DNA of 64,000 nt, from NCBI RefSeq assembly GCF_006345805.1, contig NC_043000.1, positions 24,862,001 to 24,926,000 on the forward strand. The letters run 5' to 3'. Positions 13,201 to 26,074 of the stretch are shown here, piece after piece. This stretch comes from Octopus sinensis. Its lineage: Eukaryota. Positions within the stretch are counted from its first letter, which is position 1; each line of letters starts with the position of its first letter. The translations under genes were made by a program, and so were the position numbers. The notes under the pieces are model-generated. The model was not told the origin of the DNA. It searched no databases and worked only from the letters and a program-made list of their open reading frames with translations.

Positions 13201-13495
13201 ATGTCTCCTTGACTGGCTTCTGAGCCAGTGGCATGTAAAAAGCCCCAACCGATTGTGGACAATGCCAGCTTCCTCCAGCCCCTGTGGCAGTGGCACCTAA
13301 AAAGCGGCAGTGGCACCTAAAAAGCACCCTCTACACTCACGGAGTGGTTGGCGTTAGGAAGGGCATCCAGCTGTAGAAACACTGCCAGATCAGACTGGAG
13401 CCTGGTGCAGCCTCCTGGCTTCCCAGACCCAGGTCGAACCGTCCAACCCATGCTAGCATGGAAAACGGACACTAAACGACGATGATGATGATGAT
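13200..13495 (+). mobile_element. RTE LINE 3' end with (GAT)n tail
   Basis: GGAGTGGTTGGCGTTAGGAAGGGCATCCAGC...AACCCATGCTAGCATGGAAA...GATGATGAT; about 20 similar copies (e.g. 20425-20848, 24260-24522, 28600-29000, 33050-33397, 38340-38665, 43612-44035). Confidence 0.8.
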
Positions 13496-13984
13496 TCAAC
13501 TTATGCTTTCAGTTTCCCCCACACATTCTTTCTTGAAATTCTCTTTACCTTTTTTTTTTTTTGAGGGGTTGGTCTGAAGTTGTTTAATAACAAAGAAAAT
13601 TGCCTCTGAGTGACTCAACAGTGTGACAGGTTAGTTTATCAATTCAATGCCTAAAATTTAACACCTGTCATTTTGACAAAGTGTAACCTTTAAAAGTTTT
13701 ATGAGCAGCAGCAGTGGTGGTGGTGGTGACTTGTTTTGTTAGCTTGCAACATTATACTGGAAACTCTGTTTGCATGGGTTTAAAAAGAAAGACATTAGAA
13801 CACTACTTGTGTACAGTTTCTCTTGAATTACACATGAAAAGAGTAAATTGATAATCCACCAAATTAAGAAATAGTATAGTTTAGGCACAGGTAGGGCTGT
13901 GTGGTTAAGAATTTTGCTCTCCAACAACATGGTTTCAGGTTCAGTCCCACTGTGTGGCAACTTGGGCAAGTGTCTTCTGGTATA

Positions 13985-14365
13985 TATTTCTTTACTACCC
14001 ACAAGGGGCTAAACATAGAGAGGACAAACAAGGACAGACAAACGGATTAAGTTGATTATATCGACCCCAGTGCATAACTGGTTCTTAATTTATCGGCCCT
14101 GAAAGGATGAAAGGCAAAGTCGACCTCGACGGAATTTGAACTCAGAACATAAAGACAGACAAAATACCTATTTCTTTACTACCCACAAGGGGCTAAACAC
14201 AGAGTGGACAAACAAGGACAGACAAACGGATTAAGTTGATTACATCGCCCCCGAAAGGATGAAAAGCAAAGTCGACTTCAGTGGAATTTGAACTCAGAAT
14301 GTAACGGCAGATGAAATATGGCTCCGCATTCCGCTCGGTGTGCTAACGTTTCTGCCAGCTCGCTG
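13985..14365 (-). mobile_element. Composite (internally duplicated) SINE-B
   Basis: Body and core repeated with re-entry at GAAATACCTATTTC; same arrangement at 32205-32605, 33675-34037, 40858-41400. Confidence 0.75.
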
Positions 14366-15237
14366 GTATAACCACAGACTGACCATAGCCTTGTGACTGG
14401 ATTTGGTAGATGGAAAGTGAGAAAAGCCCATCGTGTGTGTGTGTGTGTGACTGTATCCTTGCTTTGACTTCATATGATAGTTGTAAATGAGCATCAGTGT
14501 TATGCAAGCAGAGTTCCTTCATTTCCAATCATCCATGAAAACATGTCTGGCCACATTGGAAACAGGTGAAGGCTGGCAACAGGAAGAACATCTAACTGTA
14601 GAAATTCCACAACAAATTCTATCCAGTCCATGCAAGCATGATAAAGCAGACATGATGATGATGATGATGAAAAATTGTATAATTTCAAGTGGTATGGAAC
14701 AGAGGTAAATTCTAATGTTTTAGGCAGGTGTTTTCTTCAGACGACAATTTTCTTAAACAAGAATGAGCCCCTGACAAAAAAGATTACAATCTACCCACCT
14801 GTACAAGATTCAAAATTATTCACTTTTAGAAATGATAGTTATTGACTTATTTCTGTAGATAAAAAAAAAAACAACTTTCTTTGATTCTAGTTTCAATTTA
14901 CTGTACCGAACAACCTTTTATGCATCTGATGACACCAGATGTAATTTCCAAATGTCAAGTAAACCAGCTGTTGGATCTAGAGCTGAGAAAAAATGTTTCA
15001 TTCTCATAGCTTCTTCCAGATTATAGCAAATATATTGATAATATACAACTTATTAGATTTCAACCCTAAATAACACATGACGAAGTATAGGCAGTTATTA
15101 TGAAGACTTATTATACAGAAACTAATGCTCATTGCAATAATGTATCTTCTTATTCTCACTATATTCTGGCAGATTTGAATGTGAATATCTAACCAGTGTT
15201 GTATTTTGTCATTGGAGAACACTTCCTTGCTCTAGAC

Positions 15238-15582
15238 CAGGGGTTCTCAATCACTATCTATGGACCCCTTTGATTGTTATTTTATTCTAGTGGAACCCCA
15301 GAGCCATTTCATGTTTAAAAACTAGTTTTATAGAAACTCCTTTCAAAATTCCTATTTTGTTTTCCACACATTAACTTGTGTAGGTTAAACTATGTAAAAT
15401 GTTAGAGAAAGAAACCCAACTGTTTCTTGCAATGCATACCAATACATACATTTAAGGTGAAAAATTTTCAGGAGCTCTTAAAAGACTACTGTGGATCCCC
15501 AATTTACTATTTTGCTATGTGGACCCCACAAAATCTTATATGGACCCTCAGAGGCCATATGGATCCCAACTAAAAACCACTG
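15238..15582. mobile_element. hAT (Charlie-like) MITE
   Basis: CAGGGGTTCTCAA...AAAAACCACTG termini; perfect 8-bp TSD CTCTAGAC at 15230-15237 and 15583-15590 (NTCTAGAN target typical of Charlie elements). Confidence 0.85.
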
Positions 15583-15864
15583 CTCTAGACAATGCATATT
15601 TATTACACATATGATTCACATGTGTAAGGCTGTTTCAACCTTATTATGTGTCTCATCAGTCAAAGCTACCAGCCAGACTGATAAGAAGGAATAGATATCT
15701 TGTTGTTTAGATTCTCACACAAACATGTTTTATTTTTAAATATAAATAATTGTTGTTATCAAAGAGTAAATACAATTTCTTTATATCAAATCCTTGTTCA
15801 ATTTCTACAACTGGATTTCCAGATAGTTCTATGAGGGAAAGCGTATTTATCAATTAGATATGCT

Positions 15865-16020
15865 GATGATCTTGCTCCCATAGTGGAATGACTACCAGAA
15901 CTAGAGAAGAAATTTCAGGTGTGGAAGCAAGGTTTAGAATCGAAGGGCCTTAGAGTCAACGTTGCAAAAACCAAAGTCCTAGTAAGAAGGAAGGTGAGCA
16001 CATCACAAACCCCTTCAGCC
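15865..16020 (+). pseudogene. RTE-type reverse transcriptase fragment
   Basis: YADDLAPIVE*LPELEKKFQVWKQGLESKGLRVNVAKTKVLV contains the YADD motif and the GLRVN..KTK motif. Confidence 0.85.
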
Positions 16021-16630
16021 AGAAATGTTTTCTGGCTGAGTGGATAAGAGCAATGTAAAATAAAGTACTTTGCTCAAGGACACAACATGCCACCAGGTAT
16101 TGAACTCATGACCTTATGATCATGAGCCAAATACCCTAACCATTAAGCTACAAGCCTTCACATTACTGACAGGATGATCTACATATATATTGGTAGCAGT
16201 GTTCACATATGAAGTAATAGCAATATGACCTACACACATTATTAACACTGTAACCCACAGGAGTGTTGTTAGCAGAATTACCTTCAAATAACAGGTTACC
16301 GATACTGTGACCTATATATGTGCCATGAATAATGATCTACACGTTTTCACTATCAGTATGATCCACATACAATGTGTTGGTGATAGTATCATCACCATGT
16401 TCACTTTCCCATATTTTCATTGGTCAGATGGAACTTTTTGAGGCAGGCTTTCTACAACTGGATGCTCTTCCTCTTCAAACCCTCACTTGTTTCCAAGCAA
16501 TATAATATTTCCCCGTAGCCACACATGTTTTTCACAGAAGACTGGAAATGAACAATACACAATACTGCTTCAATGATGGTGATGCTTGTTTACAACCATG
16601 ATATCAAGACAAAGGTACACACTCACACAC

Positions 16631-16679
<49 letters not shown>

Positions 16680-17122
16680 AAATTTACAGAAAAACAAAAG
16701 ACAAAGACTGGTGTAAAAACAACAAGCAGGTGTATTAGTTTGATGCTCGAGAAGGTGAGAAAGTCTTTTATGTTTCAAGCCTACGCACTTCAACAGAAAG
16801 GAACACAAGGAAATAAACAGAGAGAGAATAAAAAAAGAACTTGGGGATTTAGCAACCATGTAAGTGGAGTCAAGACCAGCTGGCAGGCTTCTTTCAGTTT
16901 GTCTACCAAACCTACTTATAAGAGCTATAGTAGAAGAGACTTGTCTAAGACACTATACACTGGAATTGAACCCAAGACCTTATGGCTGGAAAGCAGGCTC
17001 CTCAACTGCACAACCACACCTAAGCCTATATGACTGACATATTTCTCACAAGCCAAATTTTCAACATGTATGTAAATGGCAATATCATTCACCCATGTCT
17101 CAGACAATGTGATCCCCATGTA

Positions 17123-17415
17123 CAGTGGTGGACTGGCCAGGTTGCCAGCTTGCCTGATGGCAAGTGGGTCCCTGCCCCATTAGTATCCATATGTGGGAGC
17201 CCATGTTAGTATCTAAGGGGCCCATCCCCTCAAGTTTGAGAATTTTTTTATTCACTCCTGGAAGAATGCATTAATTATTTCAGCCTGGCTGTGTTTGTAG
17301 ACAGTTGAAAAGGATGATTTTAATAAAAAAAATAAATTAAATTATAGCATTGTAGTTGAGGGTGGGCCCCCTTAGTCTCCTGGCAACCAATAGTTTTAGA
17401 CCCAGTCCACCACTG
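17123..17415. mobile_element. hAT-like MITE
   Basis: TIR CAGTGGTGG(G)ACTGG / CCAGTCCACCACTG; 8-bp TSD CCCATGTA/CTCATGTA (7 of 8 match). Confidence 0.75.
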
Positions 17416-18350
17416 CTCATGTATGTTTTGCCAGCAATGTGATTCACTTATGTAGTACTACTATATAATGCATTAATATTGCATGAAATACATTGACTGA
17501 GTTATTAGCAGTGTTACTAGTAGTACAATATATATGTGTGTGTGTTCCTAGCAACCCTCATTGAATTAAATGTAGAAATATTTGAGTGGACTCTCAAACA
17601 AGTATAATGAAAAATTCAATTTCAATAAAAGCTGAAGACTCTTTCCAATGAAATTTTTCAGGAAAACCTCTTACCAGAATCTTGTAAAATTTTTATTCTT
17701 TTTAAGAAAATGTAAACATGTCTATTCAGTTGTAAATTTATCATTTCTTTTATTCCTGAAGGTTTCAGGAAATCTACCAAGTCTTGAAGAAATTGTGACT
17801 ATGATGACGTATAGCTATTGCCAATTCAGGTGATGTCATAGTACTGATCTCATATAAAATATAAAATATATACGGAAGGAGGGAAGGTGGATAGATGGGT
17901 AGGTATATGTGTGTGTGTGTGGTGTGTGTGTGTGTGTGCGTGCGCATGCGTGTGTGTGTGTGTGTGTACACCCTTGCCTAGATATTACGTGATGGTTGCA
18001 AGCAGGCAACATCATCATACAATCAAATTTGTTCGTTTCTAACCTTCTGAGAAAAAACATGCCTAGAAATGGAAAATATTACCTTGCTTGGGAACATGTG
18101 AAGGTTGGCAACCTACCACAGAAAATTGGCTCCAACAAGTTCCATCTGACCCACGCAAGTACGGAATGGAAATGTGGACATTAAATGATGATGATGGTGT
18201 AAAATATTTATTTACCCATATTTACAGTGTTCATTATACATTTGTAAACTAGGAATGTAAGAGACTGAATCAGCCCCAGGTAATGTTTGGTATTCATAAT
18301 ATCAGCCTGATCTTGACAATATTTTAATTTTCATACTATAATAGTAAATT

Positions 18351-18655
18351 GGGACCCTCTTCAGTCATGAATGACCATGGGATTGCACCTAGAAGGTTGT
18401 TTAGGGAAGACCAGTAGTCGCCCATGCATACCGGCCTCCACTCTCCATGCCACCAGTGTTATCCAAGGGAAAGGCAAAGGCCAATACAGCTGGCACCTGT
18501 GATGTTGCAACTAATTTCTACAACTGAGTGAACTGGAGCAATGTGAAATAAAGTGTCTAGCTCAAGAACACAACATGCAGCCCGGTCTGGGATTCGAACT
18601 CACAACCTTGCGATCATAAGCTCGATGCTCTAACCACAGAGCCATGCGGCTTCAC
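18351..18655 (-). mobile_element. Full-length tRNA-derived SINE (third family)
   Basis: A-box TGGCTCTGTGGTTAG, B-box GAGTTCGAATCCC; 11-bp TSD AATAGTAAATT at 18340-18350/18656-18666; head fragments at 16030-16162 and 26397-26500. Confidence 0.85.
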
Positions 18656-18731
18656 AATAGTAAATTACGGTCAAATATTTTAGCATGATGCTCCACTGCT
18701 TCTGCATTTCCAGTAACCTCTTGTTCACATT

Positions 18732-19050
18732 CTTCTTAATCCTTTTTGCCCCTTGTGGAGCATAGGGCCTCAACAGTTGTTTTCCACTTTTTGCGGTCAT
18801 TGGCGTGTTTCTAGTGTATGGCCTTGATGTGGCGGGGAGGCTTGCGTACTCTTATGATCCCTAGAGCATGTGCCAGTGGGGGACGTGTTCCCTTAGTAGG
18901 TTTAACCTTGCTGGTTTGGTCGAAGAGGAGGAGTCAGACTAAAGTATACTCATCGGCCCTCCAGATTCGGGGGGTTGTGCTATAGGCTAACACCCTATAC
19001 ACGTAAAAAAAAACCAAAAAAAACACCTGTTACAGAAACCAAACAACAGT
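18732..19050 (-). mobile_element. 5'-inverted RTE insertion (3' end on - strand, 5'UTR-like segment on + strand)
   Basis: HANDRKKWKTTVEALCSTRGKKD* on the - strand; RTE-like 5'UTR on +; 13-bp TSD TCTTGTTC(A/C)CATT. Confidence 0.7.
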
Positions 19051-19550
19051 TCTTGTTCCCATTACTGATTTCAAATTTTAGCACAAGGCCAGCAATTTAG
19101 GAGGAGGGATTAAATTCAACTTATTTTATTAACTCCTAAAGGATGAGAGGCAAAGTTGACTCTAGCAGAATTTGAACTCAGAACATACAGCAATTTTCCT
19201 GGCATGTTAATGATTCAACGAGCTCAGTGTCTTTGTTGTTCACATCATGGAAATGATGTTGCTACAGCTTTAGAGAAAGCATTCTTATTTCTTAGAAAGG
19301 TTTTCTGTTTTTCTTCAAAGTTTGAAGATAATACGAAATATTCTAATTAGCTACTGGTGAAATATTTCATTCTATATCTTGGGGCCATAATGATCAATGC
19401 ATCTTTTCCTATTACCAAATTGCTAATAACTGGCATTGAGCATACTATTGAAAAATCAATCGGAGATAATTGGGAAAGAAGAATTGTGTAAGAAGAAACT
19501 ACAGTGTTGATATTTTTATGAATCAAATCAGGATTTTGAAGAATACATAC

Positions 19551-19597
<47 letters not shown>

Positions 19598-21382
19598 ATT
19601 TTAGTAGTAACCAATGTAGGGTGATTAATGTGGCATATGTATGCTTTTGGAATGGAATCCTAGGAATAGTGCAGACAGGATTCCAGTTAATGGAATTTTC
19701 AGATATAGCTCAAGTTAAACAGATATGCTACCAAGTTCTAGATTAACAAAATAACATATTATGTTTCGCATAATTTTCCAAATGAAGACCATATTATAAC
19801 TTTCGAGTTTTCTCTCAAGAGAATAAAGGGAATAGATGAGAAAATGTCTGCTAGAAATCTCCACTGATCAGGAAGAAATCTTGCAAAAATTATTATTTTT
19901 ATTTTTTATTTTTGTTTTTTGATTGCAGAACAAGTTGCAGTGTTCAATAAATGGCAGTGTACAAGAGACTTCTATGAAAAAGCTTAGACGTTGAAACAGA
20001 AGTGATAAAAGTGTAGAAAATCTATTCTGTAATCTATGAAGTTTTATCAGCCACATCAAAACACTTGTTCTATGAAACCTTCAAACGATATCTTAATGAT
20101 TTCAGATCATGTGTTGTCATTACAAGGTATTTTTTTTTTGTAAAGGAAAGTAAATGTAATTAATTGTTTCAACATAATTGCATTACAGGTGATAATTTAG
20201 ACTAACTGCACAGATGACTTAGTTGAAAGAGTTCTCAACAATGAACCAAGACATGGGAAGAATCACTAGTACTACCATGTCGCTATGGTTCTGTCCACCT
20301 GGCTGTAAACAGATACTTCTAGGTAGGAACTTACATCCCTAAATAGTGACAATGTCATAAAACTGATGAAGCCTTCATCAGCTTGCAACAATGAGGTCAT
20401 CTTTTCCTGTGGATATGGCTAAAATATTGAGAAGGCAAATGAAATCAAAATCAAAATCAAATTCGATGGCTGGCATCAATGCTAGTAGGGTGCAAAGAGC
20501 ACCATATGAGTGTGATTGTTGACAGAGCAGCTAACTGGCTTCCGTACCGGTAGTACATAAAAGGCACCATTCGAGTGTGATCGTTACCAGCATCGCCTTA
20601 CTGGCACCTGTGCTGGTGTCATGCGTAAAAAGATTTGAGTGAGGTCATTGCCAGTACCGCCTCAGTGGCACGTAAAAAGCACCCACTACACTCTCAGAGT
20701 GGTTGGCGTTAGGAAGTGCATCCAGCTGAAGAAACTCTGCAAGATCAGATTGGAGCCTGGTGCAACCATCTGGTTCACCAGTCCTCAGTCAAAATCGTCC
20801 AACCCATGCTAGCATGGAAAGTGGACGTTAAACGATGATGATGATGATTGAGGAGAAGCCACTACATCCACTACAATAATCAACCTTAGATTAAAACACT
20901 CCAACACACTCCAGCCTTACATGTTAGTAATACACATGTGAATGTCACATGCTAGTAACAAATGGTCCTGCTCCACATCTAGAGAAGGGCCACTCAACCA
21001 TTCAGAATTCAGTCACTAAAGGCTATGTCACACACAGTGATCTACAGTTATGCTGTTTCCTTTCCCTGTTTTTCTTGTCATTACTACAATGGCCCCTGTT
21101 CCTCTGAGCTGGCTGGTCATGTACATTCACTACTCGGGCACCAGCAATCCACTCAGCTTTCCAATTCTCATTACACTTGATGCAACCTACCCCTTACTGG
21201 CCCTAAACTAGTCTTTTCTGTCAGGAATATCACCCCACTGGAAACTCCTTGCTCATGTCTTTCTTGCAGCAGTTTAAATGGAAATGGTAATGGCATCAAG
21301 CTCTTCAGTTTTACAGGGCCTGCAAAGGTCAAGCATTCTGATTCTTCCTCCAAACTCAACAAGTGGGAAAAAAAAAAAATTA

Positions 21383-21975
21383 CTCTCTTTTACTCTTTTA
21401 CTTGATTCAGTCATTTGACTGTGGCCATGCTGGAGCACCACCTTTAGTCGAGCAAATCGACCCCAGGACTTATTCTTTGTAAGCCTAGTATTTATTCTAT
21501 CAGTCCCATTTGCCGAACCGCTAAGTTACGGGGATGTAAACACACCAGTATTGGTTGTCAAGTGATGTTGTGGGGACAAACACAAACACACAAACATATA
21601 CACACAAATACATGTGCTGGTGGCACGTAAAAAGCACCCACTACACTCACGGAGTGGATGGCGTTAGGAAGGGCATCCAGCCGTAGAAACATTGCCAGAT
21701 CAGACTGGGCCTGGTGTAGCCTTCTGGCTCCCCAAACCCCAGTTGAACCGTCCAACCCATGCTAGCATGGAAAGCGGACGCTAAACGATGATGATGATGA
21801 TGATGATATATATGACGTGCTTCTTTTGAGTTTCCGTCTAACAAATCCACTCACAAGGCTTTGGTCGGCCCGAGGCTATAGAAGAAGACACTTGCCCAAG
21901 GTGCCACGCACTGGGACTGAACATGGAACCACGTGGTTCGTAAGCAAGCTACTTACCACACAGTCACTCCTATGC
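21383..21975 (-). mobile_element. SINE-A interrupted by a + strand RTE 3' fragment (about 21615-21808)
   Basis: SINE tail and head halves flank an RTE tail ending in (GAT)n. Confidence 0.75.
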
Positions 21976-22377
21976 CTAAATAAAATTTACGTAAAAAAAA
22001 AGAAGAACAAACACAAAATGAGGAAGACTTTACAACCACGAAGCTGAGCCACTTGGACTGCTAAAAATAGTAGCTAAATTTCCCTAATGTCACAAACTAC
22101 TGCTGAGGAAAAAAAGAGAGCTTATTACACAATATGAAATAAGACAGGCCCGTGATGGTTGGAATACATTGATTCATTGGTTTTTTCAGTCAAGATTAAT
22201 CTGGGCAAACAACAACAACATTATTTCATGATGGTATTGCAGATCACCAACAATTGACTGCAATGCTTCATATATATATCTTGATGGCAATGTTTTATGA
22301 ATGGTAAACACAGGAAAAATTTAGGAATCAAATATATCAAAAATAGTATTAATATGAAGTTGTAGGAGACTGTGTGA

Positions 22378-22420
<43 letters not shown>

Positions 22421-22800
22421 AGAGGATAATATAGATGGGTAATCGTGTGAGAGAAGGAAGGGAGAAAGGAAAGACAGAAAGAAGGAACATGTTTAGATGT
22501 CCCAGTTTTAATTAAACAAAAGTGATACTGATGTGAATGAAATAGAGAAGAGCTTTTTGAAGTGTAGATCATAAAATTACTTTTGGATTTGACATTTTTG
22601 TAAACAGTTCAGTGATGGCAGCAGAGTCAATATCAATATTTAACAAGATTTATAAGATATCACACATGAATGAGAGTGAGGGTGGGGGGAGAGAAATCTC
22701 ATTATTTGTTATTTACTTTGTTGTGTGCCCTTGTTGACCGGAGGAAGAATGAAGAATGGGAAGAAGAATAGAAGCTATATTCTTCAAGCTACTTACCACA

Positions 22801-23275
22801 CAGGAGTGGCTGTGTGGTAAGTAGATTGCTTACCAACCACATGGTCCTGGGTTCAGTCCCACTGCATAGCACCTTGGACAAGTGTCTTCTACTAAAGCCT
22901 CGGGCTGACTAAAGCCTAGTGAGTGGATTTGGTAGACGGAAACTGAATGAAGCCTGCATCAAATTGGAGCCTTGTGCAGCTGCTGGCTCTCCAGACCTCA
23001 GTCAAGCTGTCCAACCCATGCCAGCGTAGAAAACAGATGTTAAACGATGATGATGATGATGTACATATGTTTGTGTGTCTGTGTTTGATCCCCTACACCA
23101 TCGCTTGACAACCGATGCTGGTGTGTTTACGTCCCTGTAACTTAGCAGTTTGGCAAAAGAGACCAATAGAAAAAGCACTAAGCTTACAAAGAATAACTCC
23201 TGGGGTCGATTTGTTTGACTAAAGGCGGTGCTCCAGCATAGCCACAGTCAAATGACTGAAACAAGTAAAACAATA
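22801..23275 (+). mobile_element. SINE-A with an RTE tail inserted in its middle (about 22957-23060)
   Basis: Head, CORE-like segment and 3' part recognisable. Confidence 0.75.
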
Positions 23276-23297
23276 AAAAATTATACACACACACACA

Positions 23298-23503
23298 CTC
23301 TTTTACTCTTTTCAGTCATTTCACTGTGGCCATGCTGGAGCACCGCCTTTAGTCGAGCAAATCGACCCTAGATCTTATTCTTTTTAAGCCTAGTACTTAT
23401 TCTATCATTCTCTTTTGCTGAATTGCTAAGTTACGGGGTCGTTAACACACCAGCATCGGTTGTCAAGCGATGTTGCAGGGACAAACACAGACACATAAAC
23501 ATA
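23298..23503 (-). mobile_element. SINE-A 3' half, inverted relative to the adjacent copy
   Basis: Reverse complement of 23068-23262. Confidence 0.8.
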
Positions 23504-23785
23504 TACTGAATAAAAAGCAAATAAGTAACAAGGATATCCAGGTATTAGCTACAAAATTATCATGGAATGTCCCATGTGTTGAAAACCTATATGATCTTAT
23601 GCATCCGAGGAAACAGTTCGGTGATGGCAGCAGAGTCAATATCAATATTTAACAAGATTTATAAGATATCACAGATGAATGGGGTGGGGGGTGGGGGAAA
23701 AATCTCATTATTTGTTATTTACCTTGTTGTACTTAAGCCGAGACACCAAGTCAGTCCGGTATTGTCCGTGCAGCTCGAAGTAAGG

Positions 23786-24000
23786 TGAATAAAAAGCAAA
23801 TAAGTAACAAGGATGTCCAGGTATTTGCAACAAAATTATCATGGCATGTCCTGTATGGTGAAAACCTATATGATCTTATGCATCTGAGGAAAGTGGGTTA
23901 TTTCAAATTGATGTAATACTTGCATTGATCAATTAAATGGAGCCACTTGAAACAGCCGTAATGCACTGATACCTGGACACTCTTGTTACTTATTTGCTTT
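23786..24000. mobile_element. MITE-like element with ~30-bp TIR
   Basis: AAAGCAAATAAGTAACAAGGATGTCCAGGTAT ... ATACCTGGACACTCTTGTTACTTATTTGCTTT; related inverted copy at about 44060-44210. Confidence 0.5.
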
Positions 24001-24225
24001 ATATATATATATATATAAAGTTAATCCAAACAAGAAAGCACAAAAAAACACAATAACGCGAGGACGTGGAACAAATATAGTATTATTGGACACTCAGGAA
24101 AGAAGGAAAGAAGGAGGGTTTAATGTTTCGAGTGGAGCTCTTCGTCAGAAACATATGAGAAGGAAAGATCCAGAGAAGGGAAGACAGAGGAAAAGAATCG
24201 CCAACGGTACACACATGGTCACAAT

Positions 24226-24258
<33 letters not shown>

Positions 24259-24519
24259 CTAGCGCCTGTGCCGGTGGCATGTGTAAAAAGATTCAACCAA
24301 GGTCATTGCCAGTACCGCCTGCTCTGGCCCCTGTGCCGGTGGCACGTAAAAAGCACCCACTACACTCTCAGAGTGGTTGGCATTAGGAAGGGCATCCAGC
24401 TGTAGAAACTCTGCCAGATCAAGATTGAAGCCTGGTGCAGCCATCTGGTTCACCAGCCCTCAGTCAAAATGGTCCTACCCATGCTAGCAAGGAAAGTGGA
24501 CATAAAACGATGATGATGA

Positions 24520-24570
<51 letters not shown>

Positions 24571-24862
24571 TACACACATACCCCCATTGTTTCAGGTTTA
24601 GTTCCACTATATGTCACCTTGGGTTAGTGTCTACTACAATAGCCTGGGCCAAATGAACCTTTGTGAGTAGGTTTGGTATACAGAAGCTGAAAGAAGCTTA
24701 TCATGTGCATATGTGTCTATCTATAAATGAATAAATATATATACAAAATAACACACACACATATGTCATCATCATCATCATCGCTTAATGTCTGCTTTCC
24801 ACGCTGGCATGGGTGGGACACATCTATTTACACACACACACACACACACACATATATACTCT

Positions 24863-25264
24863 CTCTTTTACTCTTTTACTTGTTTCAGTCATTTGACTGC
24901 GGCCATGCTATAGCACCGCCTTTAGTCGAGCAAATCGACCCTGGGACTTATTCTTTGTAAGCCCAGTACTTATTCTATCGGTCTCTTTTGCTGAACCGCT
25001 GAGTGACGGGGATGTAAACACATCAGCATCGGATGTCAAGCAATGCTAGGGGGACAAACACAGACACACAAACATATACACACACACTTATATATATACA
25101 TATATACGACAGGCTTCTTTCAGTTTCCATCTACCAAATCCACTCACAAGGCATTGGTCGGCCCGGGGCTATAGCAGAAGACACTTGCCCAAGATGCCAC
25201 ACAGTGGGACTGAACCCGGAGCCATGTGGTTGGTTAGCAAGCTACTTACCACACAGCCACTCCT
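24863..25264 (-). mobile_element. SINE-A, full length
   Basis: Close to the copy at 47146-47553. Confidence 0.85.
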
Positions 25265-25560
25265 ATATATATATATATAAAATAAAGAAATATTATAAGC
25301 ATAGAAAGTTTTAAAAGATGTTAATATCAATATCTGCCAAATCGGTAATATTCTTCAAGGCTTTGAAGCTTAAATAAGTTAGCGAATTAGTTATCTGTAT
25401 AAGTGATTACATAGCTGTAAGGAGAGAAACCAATTTAAAGCTAAATGAGTAGAACTTGTTTCGACCAGTGTATTTCATTTAAAGGTAAGATACAAATACC
25501 TGAATGTAGTATGCCTTCCTGCCAGTCTTACCCTACTGGAAAAGAAGTGACAAACTGAGA

Positions 25561-25949
25561 TCTTTTCAGTTTGAACGGCAGTTTTTTTTTAGCGGTGTCA
25601 TATGAAATTGTCACCCATAATTATGACCCTAGTATCGATCTAGTGCATTTCAATCTGTTTTAGGGTTAGGAGGAAGGGTATCTTTTTTTATTCACAAATG
25701 TAACTAAACCCAATCTGTTTCTTAAACGAGGGATATATTCATACAGCACAGAATGTTTTTTACCTCAATGGATGTCATTGATTGGTTGAAATTGCAGAAA
25801 TTGAAGAAAATATCTTACAAATTATAGAATTTTCTCAATAAAGCCAAGAGAAAAAGATGTTTTATAAACACATTCTACCAGTATACGAAGTTTAAAATTT
25901 TTTAGTTACCTAGAAATTATGTTAAAAACTGCTGTTCAAACTGAAAAGA
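25561..25949. mobile_element. Non-autonomous DNA element with 26-bp TIR
   Basis: TCTTTTCAGTTTGAACGGCAGTTTTT ... AAAAACTGCTGTTCAAACTGAAAAGA; internal TTAGGGTTAGG; superfamily not determined. Confidence 0.65.
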
Positions 25950-26074
25950 AGTGACAGATTGTACTATCATATTTACAATAAAAGTCTAGGTTTCTATAAT
26001 ATAAAACACACAGTAGCCACTCACACGTATGTATCAGTTGATAAACTGTGCCATGCTTTTATAAATTGTTTTAG

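Noticed and set aside
16780-17829. Candidate + exons 16780-16859 and 17762-17829
   Set aside because: Plausible AG/GT ends, but two frames are open in the first and there is no independent support; not called
18820-19010. HDV-like ribozyme, known from some RTE 5' ends
   Set aside because: I could not fit the P1/P2/P3/P1.1 double pseudoknot by eye; needs an RNAmotif/RNArobo search
19347-20130. Exon-like stretches (19351-19487, 19929-20129)
   Set aside because: Stops or frameshifts in the best frames; VKYFILYLGAIMIN is RT-like; cannot separate exon from remnant
20364-20382. CTGATGAAG-C-CTTCATCAG palindrome containing CTGATGA
   Set aside because: No GAAA or stems, so not a hammerhead
20900-21362. 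ORF 21171-21362 and downstream coding-like DNA on -
   Set aside because: Multiple stops; DHLLLACD resembles the SDH motif of a LINE AP-endonuclease, so probably an old LINE remnant (weak)
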